Positions 40,367 to 60,414 of a stretch of 64,000 nucleotides of DNA are shown here, piece after piece (positions within the stretch are counted from its first letter, which is position 1; each line of letters begins with the position of its first letter). The position numbers and the translations under genes were made by a program. Under the pieces are notes generated by a model, which was not told the DNA's origin, did not search any database, and was given only the letters and a program-made list of their open reading frames with translations. Origin of the DNA: Macrostomum lignano (Eukaryota); contig NIVC01001601.1 in the NCBI GenBank assembly GCA_002269645.1, forward strand, positions 310,001 to 374,000, given 5' to 3'.

Positions 40367-43094
40367 ATGTCTAAACTATTGCAACACATGGTTCTCAAAA
40401 GCTTGGCAGCTCTGTTGCTATGCTACTTGATGCCAGTGGAAGCTGCTCAGCTGATGAAGCAGACAGGTGCACAGATTCGACAGAGCAGCAATGCCAATAA
40501 GTCGGTGTTTGTAGTTGCCGACTGGGGCGGAATCGGCAGCAGTCCATTCGTGACGCCCTGGGAGGTGACGACGGCGGCCGCTATGGACAGTTTGTCCGGC
40601 CGCCTGCCAGACGGCTCAGTAGAGGCGGTGTTCGCCCTTGGCGACAATTTCTATTCTTTTGGCGTTAAGAATGTTGAAGACGATCGCTTTCGAACTACGT
40701 TTGAGGCCGTGTTTAATGGGTCTCGGCTCCGGCCGACCCCGTGGTATCTGGTGGCCGGCAATCACGACTGGCTGGGCAATGCCAGCGCTCAGATACTGTA
40801 CTCCAAGCGCTCGTCCAGGTGGTAGGTTGGCCCATAAACTACGCAAACGCACGATTTGTGCACAAATTGCAGTACCACACCAATGCATTTTCCCACACCC
40901 AATGGCAAGCCAATGCACGTTTCCCATACCTAGTCCCACACCTATGGACATTTCTCACACCTATGCACATTTTCCACACCTAGTCCCACACCTATGCGTT
41001 TTCCCACACCGATCACCGATGCATAGTACCCACACCTAATCCCACACTTATGCACATTTCCCACACCCCAAACCCACACCGATGCATAATTTCCCTCACC
41101 TATGCATAATTTCCCTCACCTATGCATATGTACATTTCCCATACCTAGTCCCACACTAATGCACTTTTCTCACTCCTAGTCCCACATCTATGCACATTTC
41201 CCACACCCAGTCACACCGATGCACATTTCCCACACCCAGTCACACCGATGCACATTCCCACACCCAGTCACACCGATGCACATTCCCACACCCAGTCACA
41301 CCGATGCACATTTCCCACACCCAGTCACACCGATGCACATTTCCCACACTGAATCCCGCACCAACTCGCAGTTCCCACACCCAAGCCTTCACATTCCTAC
41401 ACAAATGTTTTCACACAAATATTCACCCTCTCGCCCGCCTCGCCGTCCCCAGGAATTTCCCAGACTACTTCCACACGAAGGTGATTCAACTCGATGGTAT
41501 CGGGTGCGCTGCTTTCATCCTGGTGGACACGGTGCTGCTGTCCGAGTCTGCCGAGGCGCTGCATCCCGACGATCTCTACAGACCTCCGACGCTAAAAAGC
41601 GCCAAGTCCGCGCGTAGGCGCCCAAAACTTACCGATGTTAGCATTGACAAGTACTTTAGCTGGCTGGAGAAACAGTTGCAGCTGTACTACTCGTGAGTAG
41701 TTTAGTTCTGTTTGGGTTTTTTGTTTCACATGTATGTCGATTATTGGTATGTATAGAGTCTGAAATAGTTTTGTAAGATCCGTAAGGATTTTGTAGCATC
41801 TAGGAAGATTTTGTAAAATTTGGTAAGATATTTTAGGATTTGGGAAGATTTTTTAAGATTTGGGAAGATTTTGTAGGATTTGGTAAGATTTTTTAGGATT
41901 TGGTAAGATTTTTTAGGATTTGGTAAGATTTTTTAGGATTTGGTAAGATTTTTTAGGATTTGGTAAGATTTTTTAGGATTTGGTAAGATTTTTTAAGATT
42001 TGGTAAGATTTCGTAGGCTTTGGTAACATTTTTTAAGATTTGGTAAGATTTTGTAGGATTTGGTAAGATTTTTTAGGATTTGGTAAGATTTCGTAGGCTT
42101 TGGGAAGATTTTGTAGGCTTTGGGAAGATTTCGTAGGCTTTGGGAAGATTTTGTAGGATTTGGTAAGATTTTGTAGGATTTGGTAAGATTTTTTAGGATT
42201 TGGTAAGATTTCGTAGGCTTTGGGAAGATTTTGTAGGCTTTGGGAAGATTTTGTAGGCTTTGGGAAGATTTCGTAGGCTTTGGGAAGATTTTGTAGGCTT
42301 TGGGAAGATTTTGTAGGATTTGGTAAGATTTCGTAGGATTTGGTAAAATTTCGTAGGCTTTGGGAAGATTTTGTAGGCTTCGGGAAGATTTTTTCAGATT
42401 TGGTAAGATTTTGTAGGCTTTGGAAAGATTTTGTAGGATCCGGAAAGATTTTTTAGATTTGGAATTGTATTATCTAGGATGATTTCGTGGGGTCTGGAGT
42501 AAGTTTGAGAAGCTATCTGGGGCTATGTGGGATCTGAGATGGTTATGTGGGATCTGAGATGGTTATGTGGAATCTGAGATGGTTATGTGGGATCTGAGAT
42601 GGTTATGTGGGATCTGCGATGGTTCTGTGGAGTTTCAACCGCAGCAATGGCATTCCATAAGCAGGTATCCCTACCTGTTCGTGGCCGGTCACCACCCTGT
42701 GTGGAGCATTGGGCAGCACGGACCCACTTCCGACCTGGTAAGGCGCCTGGACCCCCTGCTGCTCAAGTACAAAGTGAACGCCTACCTGTGTGGCCACGAG
42801 CACAACATGCAGCACATTGTGCTCAATGGCACCGATTATTTTGTAGCTGGGGCCGCAGCTCACGTGACCACCTCCATGGCTCACATGGGCCTGTTCCCTC
42901 CCGGCTCGGTTCGCTATTATTGGAACAAACAGGCCGATTTAGATGGAGCATTTATGACGCTGGGCTTTGGGAGCGACTACGCCAATGCTACCTTTGTTGA
43001 GGCCGGTAGTGAAGCCCGGCTGCTGTATTCGGCGCGGCTGCCTCGGCGTCGGGTGCACCAGCAGTTCTCTGGATTAGACGATGGTGTGCTGTGA
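40367..43094 (+). CDS. ACP5: Tartrate-resistant (purple) acid phosphatase type 5-like, secreted, 3 exons
   Basis: Exons 40367-40821, 41453-41692, 42665-43094 (phase 2/2). Signal peptide plus all metal-ligand motifs: DWG, GDNFY, GNHD, GHH, GHEH. The RW|NFP junction resembles human ACP5. ATG 40388 is an alternative start. Confidence 0.92.
40860..41400. repeat. About 29-30-bp minisatellite (CCCACACCCAGTCACACCGATGCACATTT)n, ACP5 intron 1
   Basis: Direct reading; degenerate at the edges. Confidence 0.88.
41770..42460. repeat. 20-bp minisatellite (GATTTGGTAAGATTTTTTAG)n, ACP5 intron 2
   Basis: Direct reading. Confidence 0.95.
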
Positions 43095-43179
43095 TTGCTG
43101 ACTTGTTGTTTTGATACTCTTTTTACTTGGTTGCCATGGTAAACTCCTGGTTGCTGTGCTAAACACCTCTCTCTGATTG

Positions 43180-43880
43180 ATATGGTAAAATCTTCTGGTT
43201 GCTATGGTAAAATCTTCTGGTTGCTATGGTAAAATCTTCTGGTTGCTATGGTAAAATCTTCTGGTTGCTATGGTAAAATCTTCTAGTTGCTATGGTAGAA
43301 TCTTCTGGTTGCTATAGTAGAATCTTCTGGTTGCTATGGTAGGACCTGGTTGCTATGGTAGAATCTTCTGGTTGCTATGGTAGAATCTTCTGGTTGCTAT
43401 ACTAGAATCTTCTGGTTGCTATGCTAAAATCTTCTGGTTGCTATACTAGAATCTTCTGGTTGCCATAGTAGAATCTTCTGGTTGCTATGGTAGAACCTGG
43501 TTGCTATGGTAGAATCTTCTGGTTGCTATGGTAGAACATTCTGGTTGCTATGGTAGAATCTTCTGGTTGCTATGGTAGAATCTTCTGGTTGCTATACTAG
43601 AATCTTCTGGTTGCTATGCTAAAATCTTCTGGTTGCTATGCTAAAATCTTCTAGTTGCTATGGTAGAACCTGGTTGCTATGGTAGAATCTTCTGGTTGCT
43701 ATGGTAGAATCTTCTGGTTGCTATGGTAGAACCTGGTTGCTATGGTAGAATCTTCTGGTTGCTATGGTAGAATCTTCTGGTTGCTATGGTAGAACCTGGT
43801 TGCTATGGTAGAATCTTCTGGTTGCTATGGTAGAATCTTCTGGTTGCTATGGTAGAATCTTCTGGTTGCTATGGTAAAAA
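43180..43880. repeat. 22-bp minisatellite (ATGGTAGAATCTTCTGGTTGCT)n downstream of the ACP5 stop
   Basis: Direct reading. Confidence 0.95.
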
Positions 43881-44424
43881 CCTCCAGTTGCTAATGCTGT
43901 GCATAGTTGGGTTGCTTGGCGATAAATTTGGTGGTAAATTTCAGTTTATTTTGCTCATTAAAATGTTCACAATCTGCCCCAATCTGTAACTGTTTACCTA
44001 CCTGATTGTTCTCAGGTCACGGAGTTTTATTATGTTGTTTAATTGATTGTTCTCGTTCATTCGGTTTAATTAGGTCTGAACCGGGTTAACATATTTCTAA
44101 GCTCGTGATTACGTCGCATTATTTTATTGTGCTTTTCAGCCGATACTACTCTAAGTATCGCACGTGCAAGTAGTAAACCGCGCTTTCACCCAGCAGTTTT
44201 TTGCGATTTAAAAATTCTGCTACTTTATAAATGATTTTTTAAGCAATGGACCAATAAGAATATTACTTAAATCTTAAATGTGTACCTGTGTAACGTGTTT
44301 ATTACGTTTTTTCAGCGATATGCGATGTTCGTTTATTTTAATTGATCTTAAACTGCTCCTGAGAGTTCTGCCTGCTTCTTTAAAGTTTATCGTGAATTGT
44401 TATTTCACTTTGCGACACAAGTAC

Positions 44425-45470
44425 TCAGTGATCCCCAATGCCCCTGATCTCTCAGTGATCCCTAACACCCTGATCCCTCAGTGATCCCCAATGCCCCTGA
44501 TTCCTCAGTGATCCCCAATGGCCCTGATCCCTCAGTGATCCCAATGCCCCTGATCTCTCAGTGATCCCTAACACCCTGATCCCTCAGTGATCCCCAATGC
44601 CCCTGATTCCTCAGTGATCCCAATGGCCCTGATCCCTCAGTGATCCCCAATGCCCCTGATTCCTCAGTAATCCCCAATGCCCCTGATCCATCAGTGATCC
44701 CCAGTGCCCCTGATCTCTCAGTGATCCCTAACACCCTGATCCCTCAGTGATCCCCAATGCCCCTGATCCATCAGTGATCCCCAGTGCCCTGATCTCTCAG
44801 TGATCCCTAACACCCTGATCCCTCAGTGATCCCCAATGCCCCTGATCCATCAGTGATCCCCAGTGCCCTGATCTCTCAGTGATCCCTAATACCCTGATCC
44901 CTCAGTGATCCCCAATGCCCCTGATTCCTCAGTAATCCCCAATGCCCCTGATCCCTCAGTGATCCCCAATGCCCTTGATCCCTCAGTGATCCCTAATGCC
45001 CTTCATCCCTCAGTAATCCCCAATACCCCGGATCCCTCAGTGATCCCCAACACCCCTGATCCCTCAGTGATCCGCAATGCTTCTGATCCCTCGGTGATCC
45101 CCAATGGCCCTGATCCCTCAGTGATCCCCAATGCCCCTGATCTCTCAGTGATCCCTAATACCCTGATTCCTCAGTAATCCCCAATGCCCCTGATCCCTCA
45201 GTGATCCCCAATGCTCTTGATCCCTCAGTAATCCCCAATACCCCGGATCCCTCAGTGATCCCCAATGCTCTTGATCCCTCAGTAATCCCCAATACCCCGG
45301 ATCCCTCAGTGATCCCCAACATCCCTGATCCCTCAGTGATCCGCAATGCTTCTGATCCCTCGGTGATCCCCAATGGCCCTGATCCCTCAGTGATCCCCAA
45401 CACCCCTGATCCCTCAGTGATCCCTAACACCCTGATCCCTCAGTGATCCCCAATGGCCCTGCATCAGTGA
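44425..45470. repeat. 27-bp minisatellite (CAGTGATCCCCAATGCCCCTGATCCCT)n
   Basis: Direct reading; source of the VIPNAPDPS ORFs. Confidence 0.95.
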
Positions 45471-45582
45471 TCCCCAAAAGAAAAATCCATACGTAGATCC
45501 CAAAACACCTGCTCCCACACAAATTCAAACACCCAAGCCAACCTTTATCATCTCCATTTCATTATCCCTCAATCCCTTCCAG

Positions 45583-45954
45583 TTGCAGCTGCTCACTCGG
45601 TCCCTGTCTCCTGCTCAGCTTCGGCTGGCTCTGCATCCCCGCAGGCTGTCCACCGCAGCTGAGCAGCCGGAGAAGTTCGACATCGCCTGTCTGCAGTACC
45701 TGGTCTGCCCATTGAGCCGGTGCAGCCTGGCCTACAACCCTGCCCGTCGTGAGCTGGTGTCCTCCAACTTCCAGTTCGCCTATCCGGTGCGCGGCGGCTC
45801 TATCCCGATGCTCAGCCCGCACTATGGCAGGCAGCTGACAGACGAAGAGGTCAGCCTTCTGCAGGCTGGAGCTGCTGGCTGGACTCTGGTGGCCTCTCCG
45901 CCGGTGCGTAGCAACTCGCCTGACAAGGCTGATGGCAGCAACGGAACTGGCTGA
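45583..45954 (+). CDS. PYURF: PYURF/PreY (Trm112-like UPF0434, mitochondrial) coding exon; start codon not in this exon
   Basis: FDIACLQYLVCPLSRCSLAYNPARRELVSSNFQFAYPVRGGSIPMLSP matches human FDPALLEFLVCPLSKKPLRYEASTNELINEELGIAYPIIDGIPNMIP. Preceded by an Arg/Leu/Ser presequence-like segment and a strong acceptor (cccttccag| at 45581-45582). Confidence 0.88.
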   Translation: MQLLTRSLSPAQLRLALHPRRLSTAAEQPEKFDIACLQYLVCPLSRCSLAYNPARRELVSSNFQFAYPVRGGSIPMLSPHYGRQLTDEEVSLLQAGAAGWTLVASPPVRSNSPDKADGSNGTG

Positions 45955-46059
45955 GCTGGAATTTCATCTCTTACTCTACTGGTAGCAACATTTGGATTCA
46001 CTTTTGAGGGTCCAGCATGAATAGATGTTTAGAAGTCCTTAGAGTTGGGCTGTTTAATC

Positions 46060-46400
46060 TCTCAGATTTAGGGGTGTGTTTAAATACTCAGATTTAGGGT
46101 GTTTAAATCCTCAGATTTAGGGAGTTTAAATCCTTAGATTTCAGGGTGTTTAATTCCTAAGATTTCGGGGTGTTTAAATTCTAAGACTTGGGGTGTTTAA
46201 ATACTCAGATTTCGGGGGTGTTTAAATCCTCAGATTTATGGTGTTTAAATACTCAGATTTAGGAGTGTTTTAATCCTCAGATTTGGGGGTGTTTAATCCT
46301 CAGATTTCGGAGTGTTTGAATCCTCCGATTTGGGGTGTTTAATCCTCAGATTTCGAGGTGTTTCACGATCCTCAATCGAGGGTGTTTACATCTTTAGATT
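46060..46400. repeat. About 23-bp degenerate minisatellite (TCCTCAGATTTAGGGGTGTTTAAA-like)
   Basis: Direct reading. Confidence 0.85.
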
Positions 46401-46664
46401 TAACATAAAAGGATTTTTAGCATCATTTGAGCTCCACTAGTCGAATTTTGAAGTGTTTAGGTCAATGATTTGCGATGATATTTGCTAATAGGTAGGCTTA
46501 TAAATTAAAAACTTGTCTTTTGTACAAATTCCACTCAATGGCTGCCATTTATAAAATATATGCGTAAATGTGTTACACACTGCCCAATGTCTCTGTTCTA
46601 TTAAATCAGTTCTATAAAACATTGTGTTTTCCTTCAGTTTTAATATCATTTGAGCGCATCAGCT

Positions 46665-46965
46665 AATCATTTGTCGCCAAGCTTAGTCACCAAAGCGCCA
46701 CAGCTGATCATTTGGCGCCAAGCTTAGCCATCTGAGCGCCACAGCTGATCATTTGGCGCCAAGCTTAATCACCAAAGCGCCACAGCTGATCATTTGGCGC
46801 CAAGCTTAATCACCAAAGCGCCACAGCTGATCATTTGGCGCCAAGCTTAGCCATCTAAGCGCCACAGCTGATCATTTTTTGGTGCTAAGCTTAATCATCA
46901 AAGCGCCACAGCTGATCATTTGGCGCCAAGCTTAGCCATCTGAGCGCCACAGCTGATCATTCTGT
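46665..46965. repeat. 41-bp minisatellite (CCAAGCTTAATCACCAAAGCGCCACAGCTGATCATTTGGCG)n
   Basis: Direct reading; about 7 units. Confidence 0.92.
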
Positions 46966-47479
46966 CACTGGCTTCTGGCTGAAGCAGATTTGTCTGCAAA
47001 TTAAATGAAAGCAGGTGTTTCTATATGGTTGGCATTGTCTTTGCAAATTCCATTCGCCTCGGGCAAAGCTTCATTGCTCTCCGTGTTTCCAACTTGCCAA
47101 TCTTGCTAATTTACTTGAGCCGGCGGTTTTCCTGTCATCCCAGCCATTTCCTTTCGGGCGAGCAAAAGAAATTCCAAAGAAGCTATTGAAGTGAGAGCCG
47201 GGCGTGCTCCATTGCGCAAGTTCGAGTCTTCACTATTTGAGCAGTGTCTCAGTCAGCCGGCCCCTGTTGTTGACTCGCATGCAATTACTTAGAGCGGCCA
47301 CGCCCATGCCTGTGCGATCGGAGCATTTCCTAGCTGTCCTTTTATTTTCCTTCTGCATGAGGAAATCAGGATGCATTGCTCAACTCAAGATAATAACTGT
47401 GTCACCCACCAGCAAGGCATGTTGCATGAGCACATTTACTCGGATTGCACTTCAACATTTCAACATTGAATTATTAGAT

Positions 47480-48592
47480 GCCATGACGGTCGCTATACGG
47501 TTGCTATACTTGTTGCTATGCTTGTTGCTATGACGGTTGCTATACGGTTGCTATGACGGTTGCTATACTTGTTAGTATGACGGTTGCTATACGGTTGCTA
47601 TACTTGTTGCTATGCTTGTTACTATGACGGTTGCTATACGGTTGCTATACTTGTTACTATGACGGTTACTACGACGGTTGCTATATTTGTTACTATGACG
47701 GTTGCTATACGGTTGCTATACTTGTTGCTATGCTTGTTGCTATACGGTGGCTATACTTGTTACTATGACGGTTGCCATACGGTTGATATATTTGTTACTA
47801 TGACCGTTGCTATATTTGTTGCTTTGCTTGTTGCTATGCTTGTTGCTATACAGTTGCTATATTTGTTACTATGACGGTTGCTATACTTGTTACTATGACG
47901 GTTGCTATACGGTTGCTATATTTGTTACTATGACGGTTGCTATACGGTTGCTATACTTGTTGCTATGCTTGTTGCTATACGGTGGCTATACTTGTTACTA
48001 TGACGGTTGCTATACGGTTGCTATATTTGTTACTATGACCGTTGCTATACGGTTGCTATATTTGTTGCTATACGCATGCTCAACGGTTGCTATGCTTGTT
48101 GCTATGCTTGTTGCTATGACGGTTGCTATGATGTTTCTGTACAGTTGCTATGATGTTTCTGTACAGTTGCTATGATGTTTCTGTACAGTTGCTATGATGT
48201 TTCTGTACAGTTGCTATGATGTTTCTGTACAGTTGCTATGATGTTTCTGTACAGTTGCTATGATGTTTCTGTACAGTTGCTATGATGTTTCTGTACAGTT
48301 GCTATGATGTTTCTGTACAGTTGCTATGATGTTTCTGTACAGTTGCTATGATGTTTCTGTACAGTTGCTATGATGTTTCTGTACAGTTGCTATGATGTTT
48401 CTGTACAGTTGCTATGATGTTTCTGTACAGTTGCTATGATGTTTCTGTACAGTTGCTATGATGTTTCTGTACAGTTGCTATGATGTTTCTGTACAGTTGC
48501 TATGATGTTTCTGTACAGTTGCTATGATGTTTCTGTACAGTTGCTATGATGTTTCTGTACAGTTGCTATGATGTTTCTGTACAGTTGCTATG
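47480..48592. repeat. Degenerate GTTGCTAT-core array (47480-48120) turning into a perfect 22-bp array (TATGATGTTTCTGTACAGTTGC)n (48125-48592)
   Basis: Direct reading. Confidence 0.94.
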
Positions 48593-49184
48593 CGTTCGAG
48601 TGCACATTCGAGCAAATTATACTCTCTTCATACATGTACTTGTAGTTGCTATGCCACCCGATTTCCGCGTATAGCAGTTGATATCCATAATGGTCACCCT
48701 CGCAACAGTCGTCATTTTACGTATTTTGCGCCCCTGAATGCACAACACGCGGTCGCGGTAGCACCGTAGCTACATGTAAATCGATACACAGTTGTTTTCT
48801 CGTTTTACTTTTTCTATTCACTGTGACTGGAACTTATCACCATTATATTTATCAGTGAAGCTTTTTCATTTTTACTGCGCTACTCTTATGTACAACGCAG
48901 AACCTGCAGGTTCTTGTACTTTAGGAAACTGTGTCTGCATGTCTCGTTTTTTAAGGTACAAATTGTAACTCAGCGATGAAGATGGGTTTAAGTAAAATGA
49001 GCTGATCACGTGACATAATAGCTGGATTGGAGACGACTGAGGCACGCAGAGACAGTCTGCGGCAAGATCCCTCTGGCTTTATAAATCTACTGTAATCTGT
49101 TAGTAATACTTATTACTGTGTAAAATGTTTTATCAGTATTATCCGAACTAAATATTACTCTGCTGTTATCTTCCTCGTCACTCA

Positions 49185-49410
49185 CTCCTTCACCCACTCA
49201 ATCAATCAATCAATCACTCACTCACTCATTAACTTAATCAATCACTCCCCTTCACCCACTCAATCAATTAATCAATCACTCCCCTTCACCCACTCAATCA
49301 ATTAATCAATCACTCACTTACTCATTCACTCACCCACTCAATCGCTCATTCACTTAATCAACTAACCCATCAATCAATCATTCACGCAGTCACTCTCTGC
49401 TCATTCATTA
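49185..49410. repeat. (TCAA)/(TCAC) compound low-complexity repeat
   Basis: Direct reading. Confidence 0.8.
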
Positions 49411-50209
49411 ACTCAATTATGTGAAACTACATTACTCTCACATCGTTCTTACATATTCATGTAGCATTATAATTAATTTATGAAATGAGAAATACAAGGG
49501 ACAGGTTGATTCTTTCAAGATCATCAAGACGGCCTGAAGTGCTCGCAGCATCTGTGCACATATTCAGCTTCATCTAACCTTCGTTCCCAGCTTCTCAGGT
49601 GTGATTGGCTCTCAAGTCCGAATTCCTGCACGGCAGTCAGACTGAGAAGGATAAGAAGGAACACAGGTAGCTGTGTTTTTCCCAAAGCAGCAGACAGGCG
49701 AATTTCTTAATTCCCCACCCTTAAAGGCAAATCGAGACTCGCACTCAACAAGGTTGACATTGGAGCCCGAAACTCGACACCTGACTAAAATATAAAGTAG
49801 CCAGTTAAGATTTAGTCCTGTTGACTTGGCGTTCAACGTGTTCAAGGTGAGTGGAAGCTAGCAAATTAGCACTTTTCTCGGGCCTTTCAGCTTTTTGCGA
49901 GTTTTCGTATGAATAGATGTGACGTTTTTGTCATAAAACTTTGAAAGATATGGAAGGAGGAAAGTAACAGGTGTCAGTGTGATGAGATGGAGAGAGGAGA
50001 AACAAAATACTGGGAGAAAAGAGAGGGTAAAGAGTAGGGGGGAGTTCTTTGGGCCACCCTATTTTTTAGCATTTGCTATAAATACTGGTAGACCAGTTGC
50101 GCGCCAGAGGGGCGATACCCTTTTCTGTGAGGTGGCTCAGTTAGGCGCCTTTGGATAAACCCTCTCATTCTTCGTTAATGTAAGAATGCAACAGGAAGGG
50201 AGGAGAGAG

Positions 50210-50499
50210 GTAAGAGGAGATAGGAGGGGTGAGAGGAGAGAGTGAGAGGAGAGGGTGAGGGGAGAGAGGGGAGAGAAGAGGAGAGGAGAGGGGTGAGAGG
50301 AGTGAGAGGAGAGGGGTGAGAGAAGAGAGGAGTGAGAGGAGAGGGGTGAGAGGAGAGAGGAGTTAGAGGAGAGGGGTGAGAGGAGAGAGGACAGGGGTGA
50401 GAGGAGTGAGAGGACAGGGGTGAGAGGAGAGAGGAGTGAGAGGAGAGAGGAGTGAGAGGAGAGGGGTGAGAGGAGTGAGAGGAGAGGGGTGAGAGGAGT

Positions 50500-50535
<36 letters not shown>

Positions 50536-50543
50536 AGAGGGGT

Positions 50544-50579
<36 letters not shown>

Positions 50580-50630
50580 AGAGGGGTGAGAGGAGAGAGG
50601 GGACAGGAGAGGGAAGCGGAGAGGGGGGAG
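50210..50630. repeat. Purine-rich (GAGAGGAGAGGGGT)-like repeat
   Basis: Direct reading. Confidence 0.9.
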
Positions 50631-50830
50631 TTAATCCTTCAAAGAGTTATAAATTACAGCAAAAATGCTTTATGCTCGTAGAATTAATCTGGTACAGAAG
50701 TTTTCGTCACGAAATGTCACAGCATCATGAATAAGTGACGAGTGTTATCCTGATTCGCTACTGAGTCAGAATCAGAAGAAGAAATTCTGCAACATAAATT
50801 TTCAATCAAATTCTATTCACAGTGGCGAAA

Positions 50831-59456
<8,626 letters not shown>

Positions 59457-60414
59457 ATGCGAGCCATGGCTTACTCGTAGTGTAGCTCGCATCTCATATA
59501 TGACTTATATTTTTTCATATTTGACTCATATTTGCCAGCAAAACTTTTATAGCTGACCTTTCAGTTTTGAATTGATACTCATATTGCGATTATTTATATT
59601 ATTGGTCACACAGATAAATGTGTGCACATTTTTGCAACTTTGGATAATTGAGTGCATATTGTTCGTACACGATTGGTAATATACAGCATGCAATAGACAG
59701 TTACTGGGAGTTTGATAATAGCAACTTGTGTAGTCGCACAAAAAAATTATCCTTGTAAATTTTAGTTCGTCACGAAATGTAAGCCATGCGATGCAGTACG
59801 AGCGTAAAGTTTTCCACCTCTGCAAGGGAGGCTTATTGTCGCTATGCAAGCAGATTCGGTGGTGTACACTGTGGAGTACAGTCAAAATAGGGTACTAAAA
59901 TAAGGACGGAACAGAGCGGGACTGTTTAATTGTGTTTTTCGTCTCCGCTCAAATCCGCCACGTACATGTACGTACGTACAGTAGGTAGAGCGAAACGCCT
60001 GCACTAGCTGGATTCAGTCGGAGCAGGCAATGAGGCTTATTGCCTATACACTAGGCTTGGAGAGACGCTATGATTCCATGTGTATGCAGCCACTTATAGG
60101 TTTGCCTGAAAGGAAGCCTAAACGGGCAAAACACTTGAGACGTGCTTGCTTGGAAGGGCCGTTGGAAATATTTGTAAGTCTTGTTATAACTTGATTTATA
60201 TACTCGTATTTAATCCGAATGCACTTTAGATTGAAAATACACAGGTGCATTCGTATCAAGCATGTATTCTTTAGAAATCTAATTTGCAAAAAATAGTTTT
60301 AAAATACTCGAATGCAAGTTCATATAAAGTTTCAGATGAGGTGAATAACTGCATGTATTCCATTATTAACTGGTTCATTTCTAGATAAGTTAACGTCCAA
60401 CGTAACCAGCTGTC

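Noticed and set aside
44425-45470. 27-bp array as a coding VIPNAPDPS repeat protein or N-terminal extension of PYURF
   Set aside because: Frames are repeatedly broken by indels and stops, and a strong acceptor lies between the array and the PYURF exon.
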